A stretch of DNA of 64,000 nucleotides from an uncultured Candidatus Rokubacteria bacterium (GCA_963708025.1 CAVPSB010000016.1:256001-320000); one strand, 5' to 3'. Numbered from the stretch's first letter, positions 37,909 through 47,700 are shown. Notes: generated by a model from the letters alone, not told the origin. Program-made: numbers and translations.

Positions 37909-38795
37909 GGCGCCCGCCGCGCGGTCAGCCAGACGCCGGCCAGGATCGCGGCCGTGCCCAGCCCCTGGGCCGCCGACAGCCGCTCGCCGAGGATCAGCGT
38001 CGCGAGCAGCACGCCCACCAGCGGCTGGAGGTTCATGAAGACAGCGGTGACCGACGGCCCGACGCTCTGAATGCCCCGGTAGTACCAGATGTGCGAGAGG
38101 GTGCCAAGCGTGCCCTGGAAGGCGACGACGCTCCAGGCGGGGACGGACGTCAGCACGGCCGCCGGGAAGGCGGGGGCCAGGAGCACGGCCAGCGGGACCA
38201 GGAAGGCGGTGCCGATGAGGTAGGCGGCGGTGGTCGCCACCCGGGGAGAGAGGCGGGTCAGGACGCGCTTCCCGTACAGCGTGTAGGTCGCCCACGCCAC
38301 CTGCCCGGCCAGGACGAGGCCGTCACCCGGGGTCGGCGGTGTCTCCAGGAGACGGACCTCGCCGCGGGTCACCGTGAGCAGGACGCCGACGGCCGAGCAG
38401 GCGACCCCCGACCACTGACGGGCGGAGAGACGCTCGTTGATGAAGAAGTGCCCGCCCACCGCGACGAGCACCGGCGTCGAGGCGGTGAGGATCACCGCGT
38501 TGGTGGCGGTCGTGAGCGAGACCGCCAGGTAGAAGATACCGGTGGACACCGTGATGCCGGAGACGCCGAGCACGACGAGGCCGGCCAGATCGCCCCGCGT
38601 GATCGGCGGCTCTCCCGGCGAGGACGACCGCCAGAGAATGACCGCCAGGATGGTCGAGGCCAGCACGCAGCGAAAGGCCGCCAGCGTGAAGGGCGGCATG
38701 TCGCGCAGCGCGATCTTGACCAGGGTCGGGTAGCTTCCCCAGATGACGACGACCATGACGAGCAGGAGATAGATCCGCAGGCGGGGGTCGGGCAC
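37878..38795 (-). CDS. EamA/DMT-family transporter
   Basis: IWGS, PPFTLAAFR, INERLS, VFMNLQPLVG, LGERLS; TATACT upstream at 38805-38810. Confidence 0.9.
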   Translation of the reverse strand: MPDPRLRIYLLLVMVVVIWGSYPTLVKIALRDMPPFTLAAFRCVLASTILAVILWRSSSPGEPPITRGDLAGLVVLGVSGITVSTGIFYLAVSLTTATNAVILTASTPVLVAVGGHFFINERLSARQWSGVACSAVGVLLTVTRGEVRLLETPPTPGDGLVLAGQVAWATYTLYGKRVLTRLSPRVATTAAYLIGTAFLVPLAVLLAPAFPAAVLTSVPAWSVVAFQGTLGTLSHIWYYRGIQSVGPSVTAVFMNLQPLVGVLLATLILGERLSAAQGLGTAAILAGVWLTARRAPGTDRLQARG

Positions 38796-38866
38796 GACCA
38801 CGGCAGTATACCGCGCGACGACTCGACGCTTGCGGCCGGCGGCCCGTTGCGGGCAAGATCGGGACC

Positions 38867-39544
38867 GTGCCGCCACCCCGCCGGCCGCCTCCACGCTCCC
38901 CCCGCGGTCCGAGCCGGGGATGGTCGGCCCGGCGGGTGCCGATCCTGGTCGGCGCCCTCGCGGTGGTGGCCGTGGGCTCCTACTGGTGGGCCGGCGCGCC
39001 GCCCGGTCCGCCGCCGCTCGATCCCGGCCGGGACGTCATCGTCTTCCTCGGCGACAGCATTACCTCGGGCCACGGGCTGCCGCTCCCGCTCACCTTCCCG
39101 CATCGGGTCGGGGACAGTCTCGGGGTGGACATCCGGAACGCCGGGATCCCGGGTGACCTCACGGCGGGCGGCCTGGCCCGCCTCGACCGCGACGTCCTGG
39201 CTCACCGGCCGAAGCTGGTGGTCGTGGAGCTCGGGGTGAACGACGCCTTCCGGCGACTACCGGCCGGGCAGACGCTCGGCAACCTGCGGGCGATCGTGCG
39301 GCGGATCCGGCAAGACGGCGCGGGCGTGCTCCTCGTTCACATCGATCCCCGGCCGATCGGGCCCGACAACTACCGCCAGGGGTACAAGGACCTCGCCCGG
39401 GCAGAGGGGACGTGGCTCGTCGAGGACTTCCTGACCGGCGTCGCCCCGGGACTCACCACCGACGGGCTCCACCCCAACGAGGAGGGCCACGCCCGCCTGG
39501 CCGCCAGGCTGGAGCCGGTGCTGCGAGAAATCCTCGCCCGGTGA
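38867..39544 (+). CDS. SGNH/GDSL arylesterase (TesA-like), membrane anchored
   Basis: FLGDSITSG, NAGIPG, ELGVND, DGLHPN. Confidence 0.9.
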   Translation: MPPPRRPPPRSPRGPSRGWSARRVPILVGALAVVAVGSYWWAGAPPGPPPLDPGRDVIVFLGDSITSGHGLPLPLTFPHRVGDSLGVDIRNAGIPGDLTAGGLARLDRDVLAHRPKLVVVELGVNDAFRRLPAGQTLGNLRAIVRRIRQDGAGVLLVHIDPRPIGPDNYRQGYKDLARAEGTWLVEDFLTGVAPGLTTDGLHPNEEGHARLAARLEPVLREILAR

Positions 39545-39554
39545 CCGGGCCCGG

Positions 39555-40622
39555 CTACTTGATGCCCTTGATGCGGAGGCGGAGGTTGTTGGGGCTGTCG
39601 GCGAACTGGAGGGCCGCTTCCTGCGTGATCTTCTTCTCCTGGAAGAGCTTGAGGAGCGCCTGGTCGAGCGTCTGGAGCCCGTCGCTGAGCCCCTCCTCGA
39701 TCGCCTGACGGATCGTCTCCAGCTCGCCGCGCCGGATCAGCGCCTGGATCCGCGGCGTGTTCAGCATGATCTCCAGCGCGGCGACGCGGCCCTTGCCGTC
39801 CACCCGCGGCACCAGCCGCTGGGCGATGACCGCCCGGAGCAGCAGCGAGATCTGCATCAGGATGGATTCCCGGACGTCGGGCGTGAAGAAGTTCAGGAGC
39901 CGCTCGACGGCGCTGGTGGCGTTGGTGGCGTGGAGGGTGGAGAGCACGAGGTGGCCCGTCTCGGCCGAGTGGAGGGCGGTCGCCACCGTCTCGCGATCGC
40001 GCAGCTCCCCCACGAAGATCACGTCGGGCGCCTGGCGCAGGGCGTTCTGGAGCGCCACCAGGTAGGACTCGGTGTCGATCCCCACCTCCCGCTGGGAGAT
40101 GACGCTGCGCCGGCGCTCGTGGATGAATTCCACCGGGTCCTCGATCGTCACGATGTGGCCGGGCGCGTTCAGGTTCCGGTGGTGGATCATGGCGGCCACC
40201 GTCGTCGACTTCCCGGCCCCGGTGGCGCCGACGACGAGGATGAGCCCCTGGCGCTCGAGCCCCAGGCTGCCGAGGATCGGCGGCAGATCCAGCGCCTCGA
40301 ACGTCGGCACCTCCGTCTTCACCCGGCGGAGAACCAGGCCCGTCGCGCCGAGCGTCCGGTAGCAGTTCAGGCGGAACCGGCCGTGAGCCTGGTGCACGTA
40401 GGAGAGGTTCGCCTCCCCGGCCGCCTCGAACGCCTTCCGCTGGACCTCGGGCACGAGCGTGATCAGGAGCTTCTGCATGTCGAGCCGGTTCAGGGGCGGG
40501 GCTCCGTCCAGCGGCTTCGAGACGCCGTCGACCTTGAGGGTCGGGGGCGTGCCCTCGATCAGAAAGACGTCGGACGCGTTGGTCGCGACGGCGGTGGCGA
40601 GGATCGGGTCCAGATCGGTCAC
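39555..40622 (-). CDS. pilU: Type IV pilus retraction ATPase, PilU-like
   Basis: GATGAGKST, TIEDPVEF, QREVGIDT, LRQAPDVI, AETGHLVLSTLHA; lacks AIRNLIRE; directly downstream of pilT. Confidence 0.88.
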   Translation of the reverse strand: MTDLDPILATAVATNASDVFLIEGTPPTLKVDGVSKPLDGAPPLNRLDMQKLLITLVPEVQRKAFEAAGEANLSYVHQAHGRFRLNCYRTLGATGLVLRRVKTEVPTFEALDLPPILGSLGLERQGLILVVGATGAGKSTTVAAMIHHRNLNAPGHIVTIEDPVEFIHERRRSVISQREVGIDTESYLVALQNALRQAPDVIFVGELRDRETVATALHSAETGHLVLSTLHATNATSAVERLLNFFTPDVRESILMQISLLLRAVIAQRLVPRVDGKGRVAALEIMLNTPRIQALIRRGELETIRQAIEEGLSDGLQTLDQALLKLFQEKKITQEAALQFADSPNNLRLRIKGIK

Positions 40623-40635
40623 GGGCGGCGTCCGA

Positions 40636-41721
40636 TCAGCGAGCGGCGGCCGCGGCCGGGGCGGCGCCGCCCAGGGGCGAGGCGGAGCCGACGGAGGTGG
40701 ACTGGAGGATCGAGTCCGCGTACGCCTTGTCCACGCGTCCCTGCATCATGAACGTCTTCAGCGCCTGCTCCAGACTCTGCATCCCGAGGGCGGTGCCGGT
40801 CTGGATGGCCGAGGGCATCTGGTGGGTCTTGCTCTCGCGGATGAGGTTGCGGATCGCCACGGTGGCCACCATGATCTCCAGCGCCGCCACCCGTCCCTTC
40901 TTGTCCTTGGTCGGCAGCAGGAGCTGGGAGATGACGCCCTGCAGGGCCTCGGCCAGCTGCACGCGCACCTGCTGCTGCTGGGCGGGCGGGAACGCGTCGA
41001 TGATCCGGTCGATGGTCTTGGGCGCGCTCTTGGTGTGGAGCGTGGCGAACACCAGGTGACCGGTCTCGGCGGCGGTCAGCGCCAGGCTGATGGTCTCCAG
41101 GTCCCGCATCTCGCCGACCAGGATGACGTCCGGGTCCTCGCGCAGCGCGGCCCGGAGGGCCGAGGAGAACGACTTGGTGTGGGGGCCGATCTCACGCTGG
41201 TTCACCAGGCTGTTCTTGGACTTGTGCACGAACTCGATCGGGTCCTCCAGGGTGATGATGTGCTTCTTCCTCGCCGAGTTGATCAGGTCGATCATGGCGG
41301 CCAGGGTGGTGGACTTGCCGGAGCCGGTGGGGCCGGTCACCAGCACCAGCCCGTTCTCGCGGAGCGCCAGCGTCTGCACGATCTCCGGGAAGTTGAGCTC
41401 CTGGAACGTGCGGATCTGGGTCGGGATGACGCGGAAAACGGCCCCCTCCCCGTTCCGCTGGTTGAACACGTTCACGCGGAAGCGGGCCACCTCGCCCAGC
41501 TCGATGGCGAAGTCCAGATCGCGAGCCTCCTCGAAGAGGCGGCGCTGGTCGTCGTTCAACAGCTCGTAGATCATCCGGTGGACGCCGTCCCGGGTCAGCA
41601 CCTGGGCGTCGATCGGCGTCAGCTCGCCGTGGATGCGCATCATCGGCCGGGACCCCGCCGAGAGGTGGAGGTCGGAAGCGCTCCGCTCCTTGGTCTGGAT
41701 CAGGAGATCCGCGACATCCAT
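40636..41721 (-). CDS. pilT: Type IV pilus retraction ATPase PilT
   Basis: ASDLHLSAG, GPTGSGKSTT, LREDPDVILVGEMRD, AIRNLIRE signature. Confidence 0.95.
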   Translation of the reverse strand: MDVADLLIQTKERSASDLHLSAGSRPMMRIHGELTPIDAQVLTRDGVHRMIYELLNDDQRRLFEEARDLDFAIELGEVARFRVNVFNQRNGEGAVFRVIPTQIRTFQELNFPEIVQTLALRENGLVLVTGPTGSGKSTTLAAMIDLINSARKKHIITLEDPIEFVHKSKNSLVNQREIGPHTKSFSSALRAALREDPDVILVGEMRDLETISLALTAAETGHLVFATLHTKSAPKTIDRIIDAFPPAQQQQVRVQLAEALQGVISQLLLPTKDKKGRVAALEIMVATVAIRNLIRESKTHQMPSAIQTGTALGMQSLEQALKTFMMQGRVDKAYADSILQSTSVGSASPLGGAAPAAAAAR

Positions 41722-43103
41722 GTCGGTGGCCCCTGTCGGCCCAGTAGCTCGCGACGCAGCTCATCGGTCAAGGCGAGGGCGCTCACCCGGTGGCGGGCGC
41801 CCTGACGGTGGACGCTGGCCAGCCCGGCGGTCGCGCCGAGCAGCGTGACGCGGGGCACGTCGAGGGCCAGCAGGTGGGCCAGCCCGGTGGCGTTGGTGCC
41901 GGCGGCGAGGCCGGCCAGGACGAGCGCCCCCTGCTCGGCGCTGCCGATGGCGGCCAGGCAGAGCGGGTTTCTGCCCAGCTCCTCGAGGACGACGACGTCG
42001 GCCGGCTGGGCCAGGATCGTCGCCGCCTCGTCGGCGAACTCCCCGGGCACCTCGACCTGGACGAAGTCCGGCACCACGTAGGAGACGGCCCGCTCCAGGG
42101 TCACGATCTTCTTGGCCGGCGCCGCCGCCGCCTGGGCCAGGGCGTAGAGCAGCGCGGCCCGGGCCCGCGACTCCCAGCCGGTCACGAAGACGAGCCCGGC
42201 GCCCCCGATCAGGCGCGAGAGGGTCGCCCGGGTGTCGCCGTCGAGGTCGAAGCTCTCGAGCGTGGGCAGCCCCGCGCGGCGCTGCGAGATCTTGACGGTC
42301 ACCGCTTCCCCGTGGATCGTCGGGAAGAACAGGATCTCGAGCTCGACCTCCTGCTGCTCGAGTCGCGTCCGGATGTGCGACTGGCGGGGAGGGCTCTCGC
42401 CGCGCAGCCCGGCCAGGATACGGAACCGCGAGACGACGGGACCGAGGAGGTTCCGGGGCAGGCGCCCCCGCTCCACCAGCCGGCCCTCCACGCGGTCGCG
42501 GACACGCACGTCGGTGGCCATGGGCTCGACGTGGATCTCGGTCGCCTCCTGGCGGAGGGCACCCAGCAGGAGGGCATAGACCTGGGCGACCCCCGTCGGG
42601 TCACCCTCGACGCCGGCCGCGCCGGGGGCCACCTCCGCGTAGCGGACACCGGGCGTCCGGCTGGTCCCCGGGGGAAAGGCCTTGTCGAGCAGGTGGAGCA
42701 CCGTCTCCCGGGAAGCGATCGCGATCGACACCCGGGCGCCGGTGACCCCTTCCAGCTCCACGATGGCCTGCTGGTTGGTCGGATCGGTCAGGATGACCGT
42801 CAGCTCCTCGCCGACCTGCAACACCGGGAACGCCTCGTGTCGCCGCAACACCTCCTCGGGCATGCCGCGGGCGAGGTCGAGATCGACCATCTCGTCCCGG
42901 AACTCGACGTACGGGATGCCCAGGAGCTCCGAGAGAGCCCAGTTCAGCTCGTCGGCGGTCAGGGCGCCCATCTCGATCAGGATCTCGCCGAGCCGCTTGC
43001 CCTCCTGATACTGGATGCGGAGGGCCTCGCGGAGCTGGTCGGGAGAGACGAAGCCCCGCTCCACGAGGATCTCGCCGAGCCGCCGCTTGGCCGGCTGCGT
43101 CAT
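41700..43103 (-). CDS. PilB/GspE-like protein with an MshEN c-di-GMP-binding domain and a degenerate ATPase
   Basis: Tandem RLGEILVERGFVSPDQLREALRIQ and KRLGEILIEMGALTADELNWAL; ATEIHVEP; Walker A replaced by TGWESRARA. Confidence 0.85.
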   Translation of the reverse strand: MTQPAKRRLGEILVERGFVSPDQLREALRIQYQEGKRLGEILIEMGALTADELNWALSELLGIPYVEFRDEMVDLDLARGMPEEVLRRHEAFPVLQVGEELTVILTDPTNQQAIVELEGVTGARVSIAIASRETVLHLLDKAFPPGTSRTPGVRYAEVAPGAAGVEGDPTGVAQVYALLLGALRQEATEIHVEPMATDVRVRDRVEGRLVERGRLPRNLLGPVVSRFRILAGLRGESPPRQSHIRTRLEQQEVELEILFFPTIHGEAVTVKISQRRAGLPTLESFDLDGDTRATLSRLIGGAGLVFVTGWESRARAALLYALAQAAAAPAKKIVTLERAVSYVVPDFVQVEVPGEFADEAATILAQPADVVVLEELGRNPLCLAAIGSAEQGALVLAGLAAGTNATGLAHLLALDVPRVTLLGATAGLASVHRQGARHRVSALALTDELRRELLGRQGPPTWMSRIS

Positions 43104-43501
43104 GCGGGAGCCTCCGCGATCACGCGGCGCACCGTGCGGGTGAGCTGCTCGGGCGAGAAGGGCTTCGTGAGGTGGGCCACCGCGCCCACCCCCGCGCTCA
43201 GCGTCCGGTAGACGGGCTCGGCCTGGCCGGTCAGGACGATGACGGGGATGTCCCGGGTCGCGGGATGTCCGCGCAGGCGCGTGAGCGTCGTGTATCCATC
43301 CATTCGCGGCATCATCACGTCGAGGATGATGAGGCGCGGCGTCGCCCGGCGGGCTTGCTCGGCGACCTCGTCCCCGTCGGTCGCGGTCGCGGTGACGAAG
43401 CCGGCCTCGCGCAGGACCTCGCACACGAAGTCGCGGACCTCCGGATCGTCGTCGGCGACCAGCACCAGGGGCGGCGGCGCGGCGCCGGGCGCGGCCGCCA
43501 T
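43100..43501 (-). CDS. Single-domain response regulator
   Basis: VLVADDD, ILDVMMPRMDG, IVLTG, TKPF. Confidence 0.92.
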   Translation of the reverse strand: MAAAPGAAPPPLVLVADDDPEVRDFVCEVLREAGFVTATATDGDEVAEQARRATPRLIILDVMMPRMDGYTTLTRLRGHPATRDIPVIVLTGQAEPVYRTLSAGVGAVAHLTKPFSPEQLTRTVRRVIAEAPA

Positions 43502-43707
43502 CACTGGGCCTCTTCGATGGTCCCGAGGTGATCGAAGCGCACGAAGATCGGCGGGATCCCCACCCGCTCGAGCACCAGGCCGCTCTCCTCGACACCGCTG
43601 AGCAGGCCCTGGACGCTCCACTCCCGGGCGAGCTTCACGTAGACCTCTTTGCCGAGCAGGCTCCCGATGAAGCGAATCGTGGCCGGGGGTCCCGGCGTGA
43701 CACTCAT
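43501..43707 (-). CDS. Small Sm/LSm/Hfq-like protein (68 aa)
   Basis: FIGSLLGKEVYVKLAREWSVQGLLSGVEESGLVLE...IFVRFDHLGTIE resembles Sm1/Sm2 motifs; TGATG coupling to the receiver gene. Confidence 0.6.
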   Translation of the reverse strand: MSVTPGPPATIRFIGSLLGKEVYVKLAREWSVQGLLSGVEESGLVLERVGIPPIFVRFDHLGTIEEAQ

Positions 43708-43740
43708 GTGGGATTGCTCACCCCTCCCGTGGCGGATCAC

Positions 43741-43770
43741 ATTCTGGGCCCCCCGGGGGAGCCGAGTCAA
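43741..43770 (-). promoter_or_regulatory. Putative sigma70 promoter of the Sm-like...pilU operon
   Basis: TTGACT-18 nt-CAGAAT on the minus strand. Confidence 0.4.
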
Positions 43771-43812
43771 CTTTTAGAGAGTCGGAGCGGGCCTCGTGCT
43801 CGGCGAGGAGCA

Positions 43813-43870
43813 GCATCCGAGCGGCGGGGAGGGAATCGGGGGGTCTTCCAAGACCCCCGAAGAAAACTAG
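43813..43870 (-). repeat. Double-hairpin repeat, copy 5 (minus strand, hairpin 2 partly deleted)
   Basis: The minus strand reads ctagttttcttcgggggtcttggaagaccccccgattccctccccgccgctcggatgct. Confidence 0.8.
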
Positions 43871-44367
43871 GGGCGGTCGAGGGCCAGGCCGCGGACGATC
43901 CGGACGCCCGGCAGCCGGCGGAGCACCTCCGGGGCCACCTTGATCTTGCCGTCGCGACCCCCGGTGCCGAGGATCACGTAGTCGAGCCCCGTGATGCGGT
44001 CGTCGACGAAGATCGGGAGGCCATCCGGCAAGCCGAAGACCGTCACGCCGCCCACCTTCATGCCGGTCAGCTCCGCCATTTCCGGGCCGGAGGCGAAGGA
44101 GAGCTTGGCGACGCCCAGCAGGTCCCGCACGGCGTGGTTGACGTCGAGCCGGGTGGTGGCGAGCACGACGCAGGCGGCGTACTGCTTCGGCTCCTTCTTC
44201 GAGGCGACCAGGATCGTGTTGCCGGCGTGGTCGGGGGGATAGCCGTAGCGCTCGCAGAATGCGGCGGTGTCCGCGAACTCGGGATCGATCCGGATCAGCT
44301 CGTAGGGGAGGCCGAGGCGGTCGAGGTCGGCGATCGTCCGCTGCTCGGGATCAGGCTCGGCAGTCAC
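43867..44367 (-). CDS. YbaK/aminoacyl-tRNA editing-domain protein
   Basis: ADTAAFCERYG, NTILVASK, TGMKVGGVTVFGLP, LGTGGR..KI; the start is approximate. Confidence 0.85.
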   Translation of the reverse strand: MTAEPDPEQRTIADLDRLGLPYELIRIDPEFADTAAFCERYGYPPDHAGNTILVASKKEPKQYAACVVLATTRLDVNHAVRDLLGVAKLSFASGPEMAELTGMKVGGVTVFGLPDGLPIFVDDRITGLDYVILGTGGRDGKIKVAPEVLRRLPGVRIVRGLALDRP

Positions 44368-44421
44368 TCCGGTCACTATCCGGCGAAACAGCAACCGCGT
44401 CAAGCCGCTCGCCGCCCCCGA

Positions 44422-44451
44422 TTGACTCCCTACGACGCTCCACCGTACGAT
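44422..44451 (+). promoter_or_regulatory. Sigma70 promoter for the nudC operon
   Basis: TTGACT-18 nt-TACGAT, ending 16 nt before the ATG. Confidence 0.6.
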
Positions 44452-44467
44452 CGCGGCGAGCCCTTCC

Positions 44468-45337
44468 ATGGAAAACCCGGCGCTGCTGTCCGTCTACCTC
44501 CCCTTCAACCGGGAGTGCCTGGGCGCCGCCTTCGTCCCTGCCAAGCACGCGACCGCGCCGGCCGAGCGGCGGGGCCGCTGGCTCCTCGTCCAGAACCAGG
44601 GCCTCGTCGTCGTCCCTGAGGCCGAGGGGTTCCAGCTGCCGGAGGGCGAGCTGCCCGCTGGCCTCGACGGCGCCGTCGGATCGCCCCTCTGTCTCGGGAC
44701 CCTCGCCGGCACCCCGTGCTGGGTGGCGGCGCTCGCGCCGGAGGCCACGCTGCCTCCGGGGCTCCAGCGCGAGACGCTGGTGCCGATGCAGGGGACCCGG
44801 CTTCCCGACGAGATCCTCTCGCTGGGCGGGATGGCGATGCAGGCTCTCCACTGGCAGGGCACGAGCGGCTTCTGCCCGCGTTGCGGTGCGCCCACCGAGC
44901 GCATTCCCGGCGAGTGGGGCAAGCGGTGCGGGCGCTGCGCGTACGAGCACTACCCGCACCTCCACCCGTGCGTCATCGTGCTGGTCAAGGACGGCGACCG
45001 GTGTCTCCTCACCCGGAAGGCGGGCTGGACGCCTGGTCGCTACGGGCTGGTGGCCGGCTTCGTCGACAACGGCGAGTCCCTGGAAGGCGCGGCGAGCCGC
45101 GAGGTCAAGGAGGAGGTCGGCGTGGAGGTGACCGACCTCCGCTACGTGGGGAGCCAGAACTGGCCTTTCCCGAGCCAGCTCATGATCGGCTTCGTGGCGC
45201 GGTACGCCGGCGGGGAGCTGTCGGTCGACCGCGAGGAGCTGGAGGACGCGCGCTGGTTCCCGTGTCACGCCCTGCCGAGCCGCCCCTCCCGTCACAGCAT
45301 CGCCGGCTTCATCCTCGACCACTACGCCTGCGAGTGA
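44468..45337 (+). CDS. nudC: NAD(H) diphosphatase / NAD-cap decapping Nudix hydrolase
   Basis: Zn ribbon FCPRCG...CGRC, YP, Nudix box AGFVDNGESLEGAASREVKEEVG, SQNWPFPSQLMIG. Confidence 0.93.
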   Translation: MENPALLSVYLPFNRECLGAAFVPAKHATAPAERRGRWLLVQNQGLVVVPEAEGFQLPEGELPAGLDGAVGSPLCLGTLAGTPCWVAALAPEATLPPGLQRETLVPMQGTRLPDEILSLGGMAMQALHWQGTSGFCPRCGAPTERIPGEWGKRCGRCAYEHYPHLHPCVIVLVKDGDRCLLTRKAGWTPGRYGLVAGFVDNGESLEGAASREVKEEVGVEVTDLRYVGSQNWPFPSQLMIGFVARYAGGELSVDREELEDARWFPCHALPSRPSRHSIAGFILDHYACE

Positions 45338-45350
45338 AGGAGTAACCCCC

Positions 45351-46394
45351 ATGCCGGTCCGGACCGCCGACCACCTCCATCGACTCGCGGTCGCACTCTA
45401 CACGCACGCCGGGGTCAGCCATGATGACGCCCGCGTGGTGGCCGACCACCAGATCGGGGCCAACCTGGCGGGTCACGACTCCCACGGCATCCTGCTCCTC
45501 CCCACCTACCTCGACCGGATCGGCAAGGGTCACATCGTGCCGGGGGCCCCGATCGAGATCCTGGACGAGACGCCGACGACCGCCCGCGTGGACGGCCACT
45601 GGGGCTTCGGCCAGGTCGTCTCGACCCGGGCGATGGCGCTCTGCATCGACAAGGCGCGCCGGATGAAGGTTGCCATCGTGTCGGTCTTCCGCCAGAGCCA
45701 CGTCGGCCGCCTGGGCGACTACCCGCTGATGGCGGCGCGGGCCGGCCTGGTCGGGCTGATGATGTGCGACTCGGGCCAGGCGCCCAAGCAGGTCGCGCCG
45801 TTCGGCGGCCGGGACGCGCGGCTCGGGACCAACCCGCTCTCCGTCGCCTTCCCGTCGGACCTCGAGGCCCCGGTCCTGGTCGACATGGCGACCAGCGCGG
45901 TCGCCGGCGGCAAGCTCCTCGTCGCCCTGGCCCGGCACGAGGCGATCCCGACCGGGTGGCTGCTCGACCGCGAGGGGCGGCCGACCACCGACCCCGGCCA
46001 CTTGCGGCAAGGGGGCGCGATGCTGCCGCTCGGCGGGCCGCAGGGTCACAAGGGCTCGGCGCTCTCGTTCGTCGTCGAGACGCTGGCCGCGCTCCTCCCG
46101 GGCCTCGGCTTCGGCGTCGATCCCGAGGGCCGGCACAACGACGGCGCGTTCCTGCTCGCCTTCGACCCTGCCGCCTTCCGGCCGCTGGCCGAGTTCAAGG
46201 CCGACGTGACGGCCTTCGCCCGGTACGTGAAGGCGACGCCCCCGGCCGCCGGCTTCACCGAGGTGCTCTACCCGGGCGAGGTCGAGCACCGGACCGAGCA
46301 GCGACGCCGCCGGGAAGGCATCCCGATCGAGGACGAGACGTGGAGCAAGCTCGAGGTCCTGGCCCGCACCGCCGGCCTCGAGCACCTGCTCTGA
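45351..46394 (+). CDS. Ldh_2-family (malate/lactate/ureidoglycolate-type) dehydrogenase
   Basis: GHDSHG, VDGHWGFGQ, SHVGRLG, LGTNPL, DMATS, GHKGSAL, LYPGE. Confidence 0.92.
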   Translation: MPVRTADHLHRLAVALYTHAGVSHDDARVVADHQIGANLAGHDSHGILLLPTYLDRIGKGHIVPGAPIEILDETPTTARVDGHWGFGQVVSTRAMALCIDKARRMKVAIVSVFRQSHVGRLGDYPLMAARAGLVGLMMCDSGQAPKQVAPFGGRDARLGTNPLSVAFPSDLEAPVLVDMATSAVAGGKLLVALARHEAIPTGWLLDREGRPTTDPGHLRQGGAMLPLGGPQGHKGSALSFVVETLAALLPGLGFGVDPEGRHNDGAFLLAFDPAAFRPLAEFKADVTAFARYVKATPPAAGFTEVLYPGEVEHRTEQRRRREGIPIEDETWSKLEVLARTAGLEHLL

Positions 46395-46421
46395 TCACAC
46401 CCGACCCACGAGGAGGATCCC

Positions 46422-47678
46422 GTGTCCGACCGCTCCGTCTTCAAGGCCAGGCGCGTCGCCACCGCCGACTGCTCCGCCTGGCTCCCCGATCACGCCGTCC
46501 TCACCGAGGACGGTCGCATCACCGCGATCCTGCCGGCCGGCCAGCTCCCCCGCGATGCCGAGACCCGCCGGACCCACGACCTGGGGGACGTGTCGCTCCT
46601 GCCCGGCCTGGTGGACGTCCACTCGCACATGCACTGCTCGGCGACGCCCGACGCCTACGGCCTGCTGACCGGCGAATCCCGGGACCGCCTCATCATGCGC
46701 GCCGCCGCCAACGTCCGGGCCGTGCTGCTGAGCGGCGTGACGACCCTCCGCGACCTGGGGAGCCGCAACGAGATCGCCTTCCCCGTCCGCGACGCGGTGC
46801 GCGCCGGCGTGATCCCGGGTCCCCGCCTCATCCTGGCCGGGACCCCGATCACGACCACCGCCGGCCACTGCTGGATGTTCGGGACGGAGGCCGACACCAC
46901 CGACCAGGTGGTGACGGCCGTCCGGCGCCAGAAGAAGCTCGGCGCCGACTGCATCAAGATCATGGCGACCGGCGGCATGTTCACGCCGACCGCCAATCCG
47001 CGCAGCGTGCAGTATCCGGTCGAGGTCCTGGCCGCCGCCGTCCGCGAGGCGGAGCGGCTCGCGATGCCGGTCGCCGCCCACACGCTCTCGGCGGCCGGCG
47101 TCCGGAACTGCGTCGAGGCCGGCGTCCACCACCTGATCCACGCGCGCTGGTACAGCGCCGATCCCGCCAAGGGCCTCGAGTACGACCCGACCCTGGCCGC
47201 CCGGATGGCCGACCAGGGCCAGTGGGTGGACATCACCATCGGCCTCCTCCTCCTGGGCAACGAGGCCGTCGCCGCCGGCGCGCCGCCGCGGGCGGCGCAC
47301 TGGGCGGTGGCGTCGGTGGCGGTGTCCGACGAGGAGCACCTCGACACCGCCCGTGACATGCGCACCCGCGGGGTGCGCTTCGCGACCGGCCTCGACATGG
47401 GGATGGCCCACGCCCGCTTCGACGCCTCGGCGGCGAACGCGCGGGCGTTCGTGAAGTGGCTCGGCTACTCGCCGTGGCAGGCGATCCGCGCCTCCACCGC
47501 CGAGTCGGCCGAGGCGCTCCATCTCGGCCACGAAGTCGGGAGCCTCCGGCCCGGGCTCGCCGCCGATCTGGTGGCGGTGGCCGGGGATCCGGCCCGGGAC
47601 GTGGGCGCCCTCGGCGAGGTGGTGGACGTGATCCAGGCGGGGCGGCCGGTCAAGCTCGGTGGCCGGGCCCTGATTTGA
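46422..47678 (+). CDS. Metal-dependent amidohydrolase
   Basis: LLPGLVDVHSH, GVTTLRDLG, IKIMATGG, VAAH, LIH, GSLRPGLAADLVAV. Confidence 0.9.
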   Translation: MSDRSVFKARRVATADCSAWLPDHAVLTEDGRITAILPAGQLPRDAETRRTHDLGDVSLLPGLVDVHSHMHCSATPDAYGLLTGESRDRLIMRAAANVRAVLLSGVTTLRDLGSRNEIAFPVRDAVRAGVIPGPRLILAGTPITTTAGHCWMFGTEADTTDQVVTAVRRQKKLGADCIKIMATGGMFTPTANPRSVQYPVEVLAAAVREAERLAMPVAAHTLSAAGVRNCVEAGVHHLIHARWYSADPAKGLEYDPTLAARMADQGQWVDITIGLLLLGNEAVAAGAPPRAAHWAVASVAVSDEEHLDTARDMRTRGVRFATGLDMGMAHARFDASAANARAFVKWLGYSPWQAIRASTAESAEALHLGHEVGSLRPGLAADLVAVAGDPARDVGALGEVVDVIQAGRPVKLGGRALI

Positions 47679-47700
47679 ATCGGGGAAAGAGGCCGGGGCG

